This document shows, in pieces, positions 41,472 to 55,660 of a stretch of DNA of 64,000 nucleotides. Origin of the DNA: the human T2T-CHM13v2.0 reference genome, Homo sapiens; NCBI RefSeq assembly GCF_009914755.1, contig NC_060947.1. One strand, given 5' to 3'. Within the stretch, counting starts at the first letter, position 1; each line of letters starts with the position of its first letter. A program made the translations under genes and the position numbers. A model generated the notes under the pieces. The model was given only the letters and a program-made list of their open reading frames with translations, did no database searches and was not told where the DNA came from.

Positions 41472-42879
41472 CTAGCAAGAATAAATGAGTTGTAGATATG
41501 AGATCAAGTCAGTGCGTGGAGTTGACTCAAGCATTTTTCTGCTTAAAAGTAAATGCTGCACACTGCATTTTTAAAATATAATATTCTTTTCTCCCCTGTG
41601 GACTTTTGGGTCCACTTCACAACAGCTGAACTGGCTCACTGAGCAAAGCTCTTGCTATAAGGTCTTTCCAGATCTGTCTTTTCCCTGCTGGTCTCATTAT
41701 TAAAAATGTGCTACTGTCGGATATAAATGATGTTTCTCACTAAGTACGCTCAATAGCATTTTCCTTTCACTCTGTTTTTCCTCTGAATCTAACAATAAGC
41801 CATTTTCCCTTCGTGAAAAAAGATCCCAAGCCTCTCTGACTGTTTCCTGGCTTGCGACTTGGCATGACTGGCAGTCTGAGTGATTGATCCATAACCTTTG
41901 GGCACTCAGGCAATTATTAAGTTGCCCATAAGCTTTGCTGTGCCAGCAGAGCAAATAAAAATACTCGAGGATCTAACTCTGGGTCAGCAAATCTCTCTTT
42001 TCATGTTTTTATATGAAATAAGGATTTTTCCTATAAGATAGAATTCTTTAGAGAACAATAAATATATTTATATTTTTCTTTCTTATCACCATAGAAACAT
42101 TAATGATTATTTCTTTTTTTTTCTTTATGCCTATTTTTTTTTTTTGACGTCCAAGCTTCAACATTTCCTTCTAATGTTGGATGGGGGTTCCTCCCACTAA
42201 CCTAGGAATAGGGGTTAAGAACTCCAAGTTTCTGGGATTCAAAGAAAAATTAAAAATCAGAAATAGCCCTCGTAAAAGAAAGTTTCAGTATTTCCATTCC
42301 CATAATTCTGGGAGTTGTCTATGATTTTTACTTTTGCTAATGAGGTGAAAATAACTCAAGGGCTGGTCCTCTTCTATCAGGAGACAAATATTATGAAACA
42401 GGACTGTCATTTGTTTCAGAGTTCTGCCTTATGGAGAGGCATATGTGTATGTGCTTGTAAGGAAAAAGGACATTTTCTCAGCCAAGACAGAATGAGCTGT
42501 AACAGACTGATTACTAAATGGTTTATAACAAAATCTCAGTAGTGGAAAAGAACATTAAAGGTCATATGGTTCAATCTCCTGTCTACGAATATGCTCATTC
42601 AAAACAGAAGGGCCAAGTTAACAAGTTTTGGAAGCTTCTAAACACTATCATTATCTCATTGTATGACCACTCTCTTCCCAAAATGTTCAATGACACATGT
42701 ATTTTTCAAATTGATTGTCTTTAGAATTTCATAACATTGAGAAAAATTGCAGGCATCCTAGCCTAGGTTATAACACTCTAAGGAAAATGATGTTTTTCCA
42801 GGAGAGTAACTGGCTCACTTTCCTGTTTTGTTTTAGCTGTTGTTTACTGGCTGTAGGAAGAGAGAACTGCCCCTAATCT

Positions 42880-43220
42880 CCGTGTGGTTGTTAAATTAAT
42901 GGCCCTCCACACATTGCAACTCTCTCTCCAAGCCCTGGTGTATTTCCCCCACCCCCACCCCACAGACACTCAGCTTGGACATGTGACTTCCTTTGGCCAA
43001 TGGGACATTAGCAAATGTGACACAAGCAGACGCTAGTCAAGTGCCTGTGCATTGGGGCTTGCCTTCTTTTATGCTGCTTTTTGAATCCAATTTTGATATG
43101 AACAAATCTAGGCTGATCAGCTAGAGACATGTGGCCCAGCCCATACCATCTGACAGACATATGAATGAGACCGTCTTAGACCATTCAGTCCCAGCTGAGG
43201 TACTAGGTGACTGAGACTGC
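42880..43220 (+). mobile_element. MLT1G/H-like LTR
   Basis: catgtgacttcctttggccaatgggacattagcaaatgtgacacaagcaga. Confidence 0.7.
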
Positions 43221-43529
43221 AGAAGGCAAGACCAGCAGAAGACACACAGAGCTGCACCCCTTGTACCTCTCCCTTAATCATGCTCCCCAGCAAGTTTCTA
43301 ATCCTGGCCACAGCCAACTATCTTATTCTGCATCGGTACTGGAGAAGCTGAGCTTTGCTGTAGAAAATGACCACAACCCATCCGAGCACTCTCAATTTAA
43401 ACGTGTTACCACAAATCTCTAATAGGCCTTCAGCACTCCTGGCTATTCCTATTATGTCTCTCTTGGAAATTCACTTTCCATATCTGAGACAATCACTTCA
43501 CACTTTCTTCTTTCTCCAACACCCCCTCC

Positions 43530-43725
43530 TGTAGTGACACTAATTTTAAGTATAAAGTTCAATGAGTTTTGACAGATGTATACACATGTGTAAACACCAC
43601 TGTGATGGAGATATAGTACATTTCCAGCATCCCAGAAAGTTCTTTCATGCCTTTTTGTAGACATATGTTTTCATTTCTCTTGAGTAAATACCTGGAATGG
43701 AATTACTGGACCAAAGGGTAGTATA
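43530..43725 (-). mobile_element. L1MB/MC fragment
   Basis: aatgagttttgacagatgtataca; tttcatttctcttgagtaaatacc. Confidence 0.7.
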
Positions 43726-43739
43726 TTTCTCAGATTTAA

Positions 43740-44156
43740 CCACCAAATCTAAGAACTAGTGAGTTCTGCCAGCATCACAGAGGCAGCTTCCCAGCGAGTT
43801 TCACCAGTACCTTAGCAGGCAGCTTTCTAGTCAGTTTCTCTGGCCCCCAGACACTGGTTTCACCCCTCCGTGAGCTTCTCTGCCCTCCACGGGGCTACAG
43901 CCACACCATCTCCAACAAGATCTAAACCTCCGCCCTGGTGGTAAGAATGTGCCCTCTTTCAAGTTTGTTCCTTCTTAGACTGCTCTCCCTCAGCCCTAGA
44001 GATAGTGGCTGCTTCCTTCATCTGCTATTCCTGTAGAGTTAGTTTCCATCTCCTAGTAGTTAATCCTGTTACTAGTTAATAGGTATTTATATTAAATCTT
44101 CCCTGTTCAAATTACTGGTGTGTTTTCAATCTTCTGACTGAATCCTGACAAATATA
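43740..44156 (+). mobile_element. ERVL-type LTR 3' part (LTR52-like)
   Basis: attaaatcttccctgttcaaattactggtgtg...ctgactgaatcctgaca. Confidence 0.5.
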
Positions 44157-44416
44157 GTCCAATCATCAATTCTTTTCCACTGTGCCTCGGGAACTTGTTC
44201 TGAAATACCCACCCATTCTCATTTCTATTGTTAGCAGCCAAGTCAAGCTGCCAACATGTTTTATTTGAATAAATGCAATAGCGTCCTATCTAGTTTTACT
44301 ACTGTCCCATTTGCCCTCTTCCTAGACCTCTACAGTCCATTCTCCATACAATAGTCATAGTGAGCTTTTAATATAAATCTAATCACATTACTACACTGCT
44401 TGAAACCCTCCAATAA

Positions 44417-46900
44417 GGACTTACGGTTTCAGCTTAGAGAGGCAGAGAGCTGGAAAGAGAGTCTCTCCCACCTATTCATACAAGGGAAATTTGGACAAAC
44501 TGCAAATTAATGACTTTTCTTGAACCAGAGAACCGAGGTTATAAGGCCACTACAGTGTAACCCAAAATCTAAGAAAAGCCAGGTTCCTTCAAGGAGATAC
44601 AGGACCTGAACATTTGCTAATCTGGAGCAGCTGCTTCTGGATTCCATATAAGCTGCTAAGAGGATTCAGCTAAATGCTTTTAATAAATTGCTAAAGGCCA
44701 AGTGTGGGCTAGTTTGAAGACTTTATCCTCTTGCAGGATTTTCCTCTGCAAACCCCACCAGGCATTCGTAGGAAGGATTGGGTAGAATCCTGATAAAGCT
44801 TCCAGCATGGTGCTGGCTGGGGAAGGGAACAGCAGCCACTGCTAAAACTGCGCTCAACCCATCTCTCCTACCTCCTCTGTGGAACAAAAGCTTAAATTTG
44901 TAGGGGTAAGAATAACAAAAACAGACATCTTAGGGCACTGGTGAAAACCCACTGCAGCTGGGGAAGACAGTTGAATAAAAAAGGCTCTATTTCTGAAGGA
45001 AAGGCAGAAATATGTGCTAGACCAAAACTGCAGCTGGAGGCAGGGCAGGAGCATTTGTGAAGGCCATGCCCCTGAGACTCAGTGACACAGCCTCTGCCTA
45101 AAACTGAGGGTTAGTCAGACCGTCATAGAATCTTCCCATCTCCTGGCCCTCACCACAGGTCAACAAGCATCAGGTAAAAATAAGAGTAGAACAGAACTGA
45201 AGAGCTGCAAGAGACATATTATACTCTCACTGTGGTGCAGCACAAATGGAAAACTCAAGGTGAAAAAAAGGAAACATTGAGAAAGTAACCTCTAGCAAAC
45301 CTGGCCCACACCCTAAACACTAGATATCACAGAGGAATTTGAAGCCTTTGTTTTACCAAGGGTATCCATAGCAACAATAAATCTCACACCCTGACTAGGT
45401 TAACACAAACCTTCATGCTGAAGGCTTAGTAGAAGAAAAGGCATGCTCAGCTCCAAGTGTAAAAATATTTACCTCACTATTTACTGTCCTGTGTGAAATA
45501 TAGGCTTTGAGCAAAAATATGAAGCATGCCCCCAGAAGGCAAGAACACCTTCCCAAGAGACAAAGCAATCATCAGAACCAGACTCAGATGTGACACACAT
45601 GTTTAAAAAAATCAGATGGAGAATTAAAAATAATTATGACTAATATGTTAAAGGTTGTAATGGAAAAAGGCAATATTTTAGGAGAGAGATAAAAATTATA
45701 AAAAAGAATCAAATGGAAATGCTAAAGATAAAAACCACAGTAACAGAGGTGAACAATGCCTTTGTTATCAGTAGACTTGATACAGCCAAGTAAAAAATCA
45801 GTGAACTTGAAGATAGGTCAATAGAAATCATCCAAACCAAAATGCAAAGAAAAAAGGAAGGAAAAACACAAAACAGCACATCCAGGAGCAGTGGGCCAAT
45901 ATCTAGTGGTTCAACATATCTTTCACTGGAATTTCAGGACAAAAGAGAGATAACAAGGAACATGAAATATTTGAAGAAACAATGGCCTAGAAATTCTTAA
46001 GATTAATGACAGACTCCAAACCACAGATCCAAGAAACTCAGAGAACAAACAGAATGAATAACACACACATATATAATACTCTATACATTTTGAAATAATG
46101 TAATTCCATCTTCAAATAATGCCACTTCACTTGAAGTATATATATGCATAGGTATATATGCATAGACTCAAAGTATCTTTCCAAAAATATTTATTGATTA
46201 TTGTGTTGCTTCTGACAGATGTCCACAGTGTCTTTGATATTCTAGGAAGTGGAAGTTAATTATCCTCTCCTCTCCTGGAATGTGGCTTGGTCTTAGTGAC
46301 ACACTTCTAATGAGTGGAATGTGGAAAGGGAAAAAAAAGTAACTTTACAGTGAAGAAATCAGACACCACCCTAACCAAGTGATTGTGGTTAACATCACCA
46401 GTGATAAGACATATTGATATGATGTGTCCCTTGATATAATGCAGTGGGGAAGGTATTTCACCTTTGTGTTATTCTTCTCAAAAATTTGTAACCTCAATCT
46501 AATCATGAGAAAACTTCAGACAAACCCAACTTGAGGGACACACTACAAAATACCTGACCAGTACTCTTCAAAATTGTCAAGGTCATATAAGACAAAGAAA
46601 GATTGAGAATCAGTCGCAGATTGGAGGAGAGTAAGAAGACATAACTAAATGTAGTGTTATATTTTGGATTGGATATTGGACTAGAAAAATGACATTAGCT
46701 CAAAAATGGGTGAAATCTGAATATGTATAGTTAACAGTATTGTACCAATGTTCATTTCTTAGTTTTGATTCTTGTACCATGGTTATGTAGGATGTTAAAA
46801 TTAGGGTAATCTGGGTGAAAAGTACACAGGAACTCTCAGTACTATCTTTGCAACTTTTGTAAATCTAAAATTTATTTCAAAATAAAAGTTAAAAATAAAA
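44417..46900 (+). mobile_element. L1MC/L1MD-like element: 5' UTR and ORF1 remnant joined to 3' UTR, ORF2 missing
   Basis: ORF1 motifs atcagtgaacttgaagataggtcaatagaaat and gaaatatttgaagaa; 3' end ggttaacatcaccagtgataag ... tcaaaataaaagtt. Confidence 0.75.
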
Positions 46901-47243
46901 CACATCTCCAGTGATTTTCTATACTGCTTAGAATAAAATCTAAACTCATACCACAGCCTCCATGATCAGGACTCAGCAGAACACTTCACCCCCATTTTGA
47001 ACTACTGTCTCCTTTAGTCTCTGTACTCCAACCATACATATCCTCCCTTAAGGCCTTTAGTCTGTTGGTTCCTTTCACTAGAAGTGCTCATTGCACATAT
47101 TTTTTCCACATGGCTATATTCTCATCATTCATATTTTAGCCTGAGAGGCCTTTCCTACAAAGCTTCTGAAGAAATCTCTACTATTCCCATCAGCTATTCT
47201 TGGTCTCATTACTTTATTTTCTTCATGTCACTCACCTCTATGA

Positions 47244-47543
<300 letters not shown>

Positions 47544-47869
47544 AGACGTTATTATTACTATTTGTTCATTGTGGCTTCTCTGCAGTATAACATAAGCTTC
47601 ATGAGAGTATAAAGCTCTCTAGTAGTATCCAAATGATCTTCTCTTACTTATTGTATCACTGGACCCTAGAGTAGTACTGGCACATAGTAATTACTCAGTG
47701 AACATTCGTTGAAAGAATGAATGAATCACCTTCTGTTAGATGCTACACTCAGAACAACTGAGAGAAAATCAGATTCATCTTATATTATGCTCTCTCAGTG
47801 AAATGCTGCTCAGAATCACCTGATAATTAAATGTTTAAGTAAATAATACTTAATTTAATATTTCTCTAT

Positions 47870-48269
47870 TTATAATGGACTGAATGTTTGTGCTCCCCCC
47901 ACCCCACAACCGCTGCCTCCTCTGCCAAATTCATATGTTGAAATTTTAATCCCCAAGGTAATGGTATCAGGAGGTGAGGCCTTCGGGAGGTGATTAGGTC
48001 ATGAGGCTGGAGCCCTCATGAAATAAATTAGTGCCCTTATAAGAGGGACCCAGAGCACTCTTTCACTCTCTTTCTGCCATGTGGAAGATCAGTGAGAAAC
48101 TGGCAACCCAGAAGAGGGCCTTCACCAAAACCTGATCACCAAAACCTGATCATGCTGGCACCCTGATCTTGCACTTTCAGCCTCTAGAATCATGCGAAAT
48201 AGATTTCTGTTGTGTATAAACTACCTGGCCAATGGCACTTTGTTACAGCAGGTGAAGCTGACTAAGACA
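47870..48269 (+). mobile_element. MLT1A-like LTR
   Basis: ggactgaatgtttgtg...aaattcatatgttgaaa; ends gctgactaagaca. Confidence 0.88.
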
Positions 48270-48624
48270 AATGAATTATAGGACAAAGTCAATCCTAGTT
48301 CAGGTCCAGGAAGCTTTAGAGCAATGGAGAATACAGGGCAATGAAATTGAGGGAAGAAGAAAACAGTCCAGGATTAAACAGGATAGATGCTGTTCTAAAA
48401 ATGGAGGGAAGAAACAAAACTCATTCTCACCTAGAGAAGGAAGGCACCCTTACACACAGAGGAAGCATAATTCTTGGATAAATATATTATATATGGAGGG
48501 TAGAAAATGAACTATAGTTTAAAATAAAATACGGATCTTCCTAGGACAGAATCAGGTACCTTCTAAATTCAAGAGATAATTGGGCTAAATGCAATAAACA
48601 GAAAAATTAGGTAAATATAGCAAG

Positions 48625-48850
48625 TGCTTAAAAGCTTGTGCTTTGGAATCAGATTGACTTTGTTTGAAACTTGTCTTCCTCATTTATTAGCTGTGTGACT
48701 CTGCACAAGTATCACTTCTCTCTGAGCCTTGATCTCTTCTATAAAATGGGATAATACTACTTTCCACATAGGATTGCTGTGTGGATGGATACAGTGCATA
48801 CCCAGCCCTTAGCACAGTGTCTGGCAAATATTTACCACTGATCAATATCG
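48625..48850 (+). mobile_element. MIR
   Basis: gctttggaatcaga; tattagctgtgtgac; ataaaatgggataata. Confidence 0.8.
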
Positions 48851-49999
48851 GGTACATTTCTATTACTAGATTGTGTGCTCCATTATACTTACCTTGGAAA
48901 TGAGCCTCATGGGGAAAATGTGAAAATTCACCCTCTTGTTCTTTTTATTTTTTTCTCTCTCTTGTTCTTTTTTTTAATGCATCAGTGTCTCACAAATGTT
49001 AAGGTATTTGTGAGGTGCATTGGACCCAAAAGACTTTGGAACTTGTTGAAAGACAGTTTAGCTTCCATGAGAAACAAAGCACAAAAATTAGTATCCAGTT
49101 CCAAGTTGTAAGTCTAGATGTGATTATTTTCACAACCTTGTCATTCATAACTAAGTTTTGCAGGCAGTTAAATGCATTATGAATCTGTGGCTTTTCTTGG
49201 AAGGATTTCAATTCTTAAAGCAATTGAGCTCACACAAGAAGAAATAGCTTGCTTACTATCCACCATTACCCATGTCTGCTATTTTTACTAAAAGGCCCAT
49301 AACTGCAGATGACATTTACACCTATACAACTGGAGGGTCAAAGTACAGCAATAGGTTTTATTAAAACACACTGAACTACTGGCAGATGAACAAAACAACA
49401 ACAACAACACATATTACATGTGTAGTTTAAAAAAGTTTTCTAGTTTAAAACACTTATACCTTAAAAATGATATATTTTCTCATTACATACATAACCCACA
49501 TCATGATAAAAATTTTGAAAAGAAAACCATGAAGAAAAAAATCCTCTATAGACGTGGTAATGGGGAAATGCTGGAGAAACTAAAGCTTTGTATGGAGAGT
49601 AGAACAGCTTTGGGACGGCTGAGCATTTGGACTGCCTCAAATGAGGAATTTGGAATTTAAGGAAAGAAGGTGTTTGATAAATATTTGTGGAATGAAAAAA
49701 AGAATCCTCTATAATCTCACCATCCAAAGTTAACCACAATTAATAATTTTAAGTATTTTCAGCCAGTCTTTTTCCTAATCAGAACCAAGCAGAGATGGAA
49801 GGAACCTCAGAGATTATCTAGTCCAACCCACTCATTTTATGAATGAAGGGAATCTGTTAAAAGGTAGACTATTTCTGGTTTTATTTAAAGTTGTTTCAAC
49901 AAGAGTAGTAGACTCTAATGATAAGACAGCTCATTACCGAGTATAGATGTGTTTAGATAAACCCCGAGTTGCATCATGGGTCCCTCAAAGAGCTGGCGT

Positions 50000-50734
<735 letters not shown>

Positions 50735-51239
50735 CTTGTATTCTACTTCTGTCACCTAACATTAAATTATGAGATTCTCCTGCACTCTTCAACATGTTTT
50801 TGCAAAGCATAATCTTTGATAGCTCAGAGATTTCTGTCATATGTTTTCTTATAAACACCTGTATTATTGAGCATTTATATTGTCAGCAAGTTTTCTCTTG
50901 TATAAGTTGCAATGAATCCTTTTTGTACATGCCTTTTTTGTATATTCACTTATTTTCTAAGCATAAGTTCCTGGAAGTGGAAATACTGTGTTGCATTTTT
51001 GAAGCTTATAATATCAATTGCCACATTGTCTCCCCTCTGTCACTACTCCCTTCCACACTTAACCTGGCTATTAAGTGTGCACATGAGTGTGGAATATTTT
51101 TTAATAATACATTTACAGATTCAAAATTCAAAAGTATACACTGAAAAGTTTCCCTTCAATCCGTGTTCCCTAGCCACACAATTTCCATCTCCAAAATTTG
51201 AGAAAAATTTCCAAATCTATCCTAAACATAGGATCTTGA

Positions 51240-51600
51240 CATGAAACTGATGGTACAAATTAAGTAATTTGAGGATAGTTTAATTGAGACACTATTTACA
51301 AAAGTGAAGCAGCATACTGGAAAGCCCAGAGGGATGGTATAACACCCTGGAGCTAGTAAAAGGGGGCCTTGAGTCTAAAGGGTGAAAGAGGGAACCTGAT
51401 CCTGGAGGCAGGAAGGCCGTGTGGAGAAGGCAGCCTTAGAGAAACTTTGACATTCAATTGAAGTAAACAGCCAGCCCATGGCAACCCCACCAGGAGGGTC
51501 CGAGTGAATCAATTTCCTAAGTTCACTGCTGTCTTGCTGGTGCTTTATTCTGACTAAAACCAGTGGAAACCAGAGGGCAAGGGAACCTGCACCCACCCTC
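51240..51600 (-). mobile_element. LTR40-like ERVL LTR
   Basis: Similar to 58749-59162; tggaaaccagagggcaaggga. Confidence 0.6.
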
Positions 51601-53439
51601 TTTGATACTAGGAGGCCTCATTTCGTGGTGGCATCTTCTATTTTCAGTGTCAGCATACAGAGGACAGCCATATCTATTTTCATTGTTGGTATACTAAGGA
51701 TAGCCACATCGAGTTTTTCAACAATAGCATTGCCCTCTTGACCAACGCATTTCTTATTTCTTTAATAAAGGAAGTGTCCTGAGGGCCTTCCCAGAGAAAC
51801 AAATCCGATGTAATTTCGCTAAAAATTAATTAAAAGGCCTGCTCTGAACCTGTGTGTTTATGGAGTTACATGAACTCATCTAGGCATTTTCAATGCCTTG
51901 TGCAGGCCCCGAGCCACACTTAGTCCATTCTTACGTTCTCCCTCCCTGACCTCGTGACCTCTACTCAGTCCTCTACCAGGCAGTTCCAGCATGCCTGCCA
52001 TAGATCATCATCCTGTCTGCTCAAGCTTCAAGGAACTATCCCAGTAATGTATTAACACCAGCCCCGGGTGTCCTTGCCAGGAGTCAAACTCTGAGTCATC
52101 AAAGTCATCCCGTGACAATACATTCCTCCCAATCCAGCCTTATAATCCACTCCCGTGGTTTACTCCCACTGGTGTCACCACAGTTCTTGTTTGTACATAT
52201 AGACCAGGTCTTGCAATTGTTTAGATGGGCATGCCATTTCCTTCTAGAACACGGATTGTATTTCCATTCTTGGCAGGTGCTGTTACCTGACTCATATTAC
52301 TGGTCTGGCAGCAGTGAGGGAAAATAAGGCAAATGTTGAGGAGGATAAGCATCCTTGAGAGGTATCTGTCTCTGATGGTGCTACGGTCTGAATGTGTCCC
52401 CCAAAATTCAAATGTTAAGACTTCACTGCCAACGTGATAGTATTAAGAAGTGGGTCCTTTAGGAGCCACTTATAAAAGAGGTTGAAGGAGTGCCCTAAGT
52501 CCCTTTTCCCTTCCATCTCTTCTGCCATGTGAGGACACCACGTTCATTCCTTTTTTCTTTTCACCCTTCTGTCCCTTCTCCCATGTGAAGACACCTAGAT
52601 GGTGCCATCTATGAGGAATGCACCCCCACAAGACACCAAACCTGCTGGTGCCTTGATCTCACCAGCCTCCAGAACTGTGATAAGTAAATTTCTATTCTTT
52701 AGAAATCACCTAGTCTCTGGCATTGTGTTGTAGCAGTAAGAATGGACTAGGACAGGTGGGGTCTTTCCAGAGTCTCCAGGTGTGGAGAGGCTGCCACCTC
52801 CTAGCATGGGGAAGGGAGCTGCTTCTGCAAGTCCAAGTGACTGTGGAGGGAATTAAGATTCTCAGGCTTGCCTACCCAAATGTCCCCATCCTAGTTCTCA
52901 GGGTCCCATTCTTTTGTTATGAGGGGCCTGACTTTGGCATAGAACTGTTGAGACTGTGCATTCAGTCTCCTTTGCCATTCTGCTACAATCACATCCCGAG
53001 CCAGATTTTCAGCAAAGCCTGCCTGGTGGCTGATGAGACGAGGATCTCTCCAAATGCTGCCATGAAGGCCTTGTGACCTTCACATAGTGTCTTAGACAAC
53101 TAGGTGAGCTGAGCCTAACACTTCTTTGTTGCGAGGCATCCAATGCTGTCAAAAGCAACCACCCTACTTGACCACCTTTATAATTTCTAGTACCCCCATA
53201 TTGATCAAAAGGAGCAGCCCTTGATCTCCTAATCTTTTGCCCTCAATTTATACTTCATCATAATAAATCCACATACCTATGCAGTAACTCGAGTAACCCT
53301 GATGCTAGTGGATATCATAGGTTATTAGTGTCCCAAATGACCACCAGCAAGAGAAATCGTTTTGCTTTCAAATTATCATTCATTCTAGCTCCAAAATCCC
53401 ATCCTGACTTGGCTTTCTATAGTCATTCCTGCTACCAAT
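51600..53439 (-). mobile_element. HERV16-like internal remnant (leader and gag), split by an MST LTR
   Basis: Reverse complement begins attggtagcaggaatg...gatgggattttggagct (PBS/leader); 51740-51790 is homologous to gag at ~5975-6025. Confidence 0.75.
52379..52754 (+). mobile_element. MSTD/MLT1A-like MaLR LTR
   Basis: tgctacggtctgaatgtgtccccc...ggactaggaca; TSD gatgg/ggtgg. Confidence 0.88.
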
Positions 53440-53514
53440 TGTCACACCTTGGATTATTTAGAAAACAGGGCCTAACTCAATGTTTACTCAAAACATGCTA
53501 ATACTTTATGAGAA

Positions 53515-53611
53515 TGGAGTTTTCCTGTGACTTTCCTGGTTTTATCACTGAATATCCTACATCCTGGGAATGTCCTCAGTCATAAGCAAGCTGGGACAAT
53601 TGGTCACCCTA
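53515..53611 (+). mobile_element. MER94-like hAT element
   Basis: cctggttttatcactgaa...ctgggacaattggtcaccct. Confidence 0.65.
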
Positions 53612-53928
53612 ATTGAGTGGTGCAATTTCAGGGCAGCAAGAATGAGGGAAAAGGGGAAACAAGACAGGGAAGTAGGAAAAGCAAATGCAAGGTGATGTAT
53701 TAAGCTGACCAGAACTTCAAGAGAAGAATAGAGCTGATTTCTCACTTATGTGACTTATTTCCTGACAGGCTGCACCAAGCCACTGCTCTTGAGAACATCC
53801 ATTGGAAGGAGGAAGAAAGAGAAGAAAGAGGAATCTGTGTGCTAATTTCTTCCTGTCTCATCTTTTGCTGGTCACTACTCAACATATAGAGTGTTAAACC
53901 CCCTGCAACTCAAGGCTCTGTCACCTAG

Positions 53929-54296
53929 TGTATTAGTCCATTCTCCCACTGCTATAAAGAACTACCTAAGACTGAGTAATTTAAAAGAGGTTTAATTGTA
54001 CTCAAGGTTCTGTGGGCTGTACAGGCTTCTGCTTCTGGGGAGGCCTCAGGAAACTTACAATCATGGTAGAAGGTGAAGGGGAAGGGGAAGAAGGCACATC
54101 TTCACGTGGCTGGCGGGGAGAGGGGAGAGAACTTTCAAATAATCAGATCTTGTAAGAGACAGCACTAGGGGGATGGTGTTAAACCATGAGAAACCACCCC
54201 CATGATCCAATCACCTCCCACCAGGCCCCTCCTCCAACACGGGGGATTACAATACAACATGAAATTTGGGTGGGGACACAGAGCCAAACCATAAAA
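53929..54296 (-). mobile_element. THE1D/MSTA MaLR LTR
   Basis: tgtattagtccattctc...; perfect TSD cctag. Confidence 0.92.
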
Positions 54297-54659
54297 CCTA
54301 GCCTTTCTGAATAGCTGCTGGGGAAGCCAGATCACATATCTCCTGCCACAGTACTTCAGAGTCTGAGAGGGGAGAAAGGAGCCATAGCATCTGTGTGTCT
54401 GGTTAGTTCAGTTCTCTGGGCATTGGAGCCCTGTGGCTCCCACTGAAATGGGCAAAATAGAGATTGGACTACAACCTGGCCCTTGCCCTAGGGCTGATTA
54501 AAGGGCTGGAAGTAGGAGGAGGTGAGGCAGATGAGGATCTGGGAGGCAGGTGTTGGCAGACTAAATCTGGGGAGGTGTATAAATAGGGTACAATACAGTA
54601 GATATGTCAACAGGTGGATTTGTCAATGTGTGTTATTATTTTGAACTGGCGTGAAGGCA

Positions 54660-54900
54660 GCAGAACATAGCGGTGAACGCTTATATCCTGGAGTCAGACA
54701 GACTTGGATTTGAATCCAAGCTTTGCTACTTATAAGCAGTCTCATTTTGGGCAAGTTACTTAACCTCATGTGTAAAATGGAAATCACAATAGTGCTTTCC
54801 TCATATTTGTCAGGAAGAGTAAATGAAATAAGGCCTATAAGGTTAAAAGAGTGCTTGACATGCATAAAGTATTTAGCAAATGTTGGCGATTACTACTAAT
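54660..54900 (+). mobile_element. MIR
   Basis: ctggagtcagacagacttggatttgaatcc; ttgggcaagttacttaacctc. Confidence 0.85.
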
Positions 54901-55294
54901 TGATGGTAGTATTTCTTAAAGATACATCACATGTCGACTTAACCTGGCAAATTTCATTCAAATTTGCTTTTAGTTTAGTAAGACTAATATTCTTAACCAC
55001 TACCTTTTTCTGAGTGTTAGCTATGTATCAGGAACTATGCATTCAACATACAACTCTGCATAAGATGTCTTCATTTTCCAGAGAGTAATCCAGGGTACAG
55101 AGAGCTTTTAAGTAGCTGAAAGGATTTTTTTGAAGTTTACTTGCATTTTATATCAGTCAAAATCCCTTTAAAAGACAGATGGCACATTTAAACTGGATAA
55201 TTGAGGAATGTTAAAAAGTTGCAGGCAGGATAACCAATATCCTACCAATTTTTTAGTTAGATCAGGGCTAATGGAAACCAACAAAGATGGTCCA

Positions 55295-55660
55295 TGATAT
55301 GGTTCGGCTCTGTGTCCCCACCCAACCCAAATCTCATCACCGATTGTAATCCCTACTTCTTGAGGGTGGGACCTGATGAGAGGTGATTAAATCATGGGGG
55401 TGGTTCCCCCATGCTGTTCTCGTGATAGTGAGGGGGTTCTCAGGAGATCTGATGGTTTAAAAGTGGCATTTTCCCTGTGCACTCTTTCCTGCCACCAAGT
55501 GATGAAGGTGCCTGCCTCCCCTTTGCCTCCCACCATGATTCTAAGTTTTCTGAGGCCTCCCTAGCCATGCAGAACTGTGAGTCAATTAAACCTCTTTCCT
55601 TTATAAATTACCCCAGTCTCAGGTAGTATCTTTTTAGCAGTGTGAAAACAGACTCATACA
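55295..55660 (+). mobile_element. THE1D MaLR LTR
   Basis: tgatatggttcggctctgtgtccccacccaa...gactcataca; TSD gtcca/gtgca. Confidence 0.92.

Larger units (their letters stand above)
53440..54590 (-). mobile_element. ERVL 5' LTR (LTR16-type) of the 51600-53439 provirus, with nested MER94 and THE1D/MSTA
   Basis: Begins tgtcaca directly next to the PBS. Confidence 0.55.
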
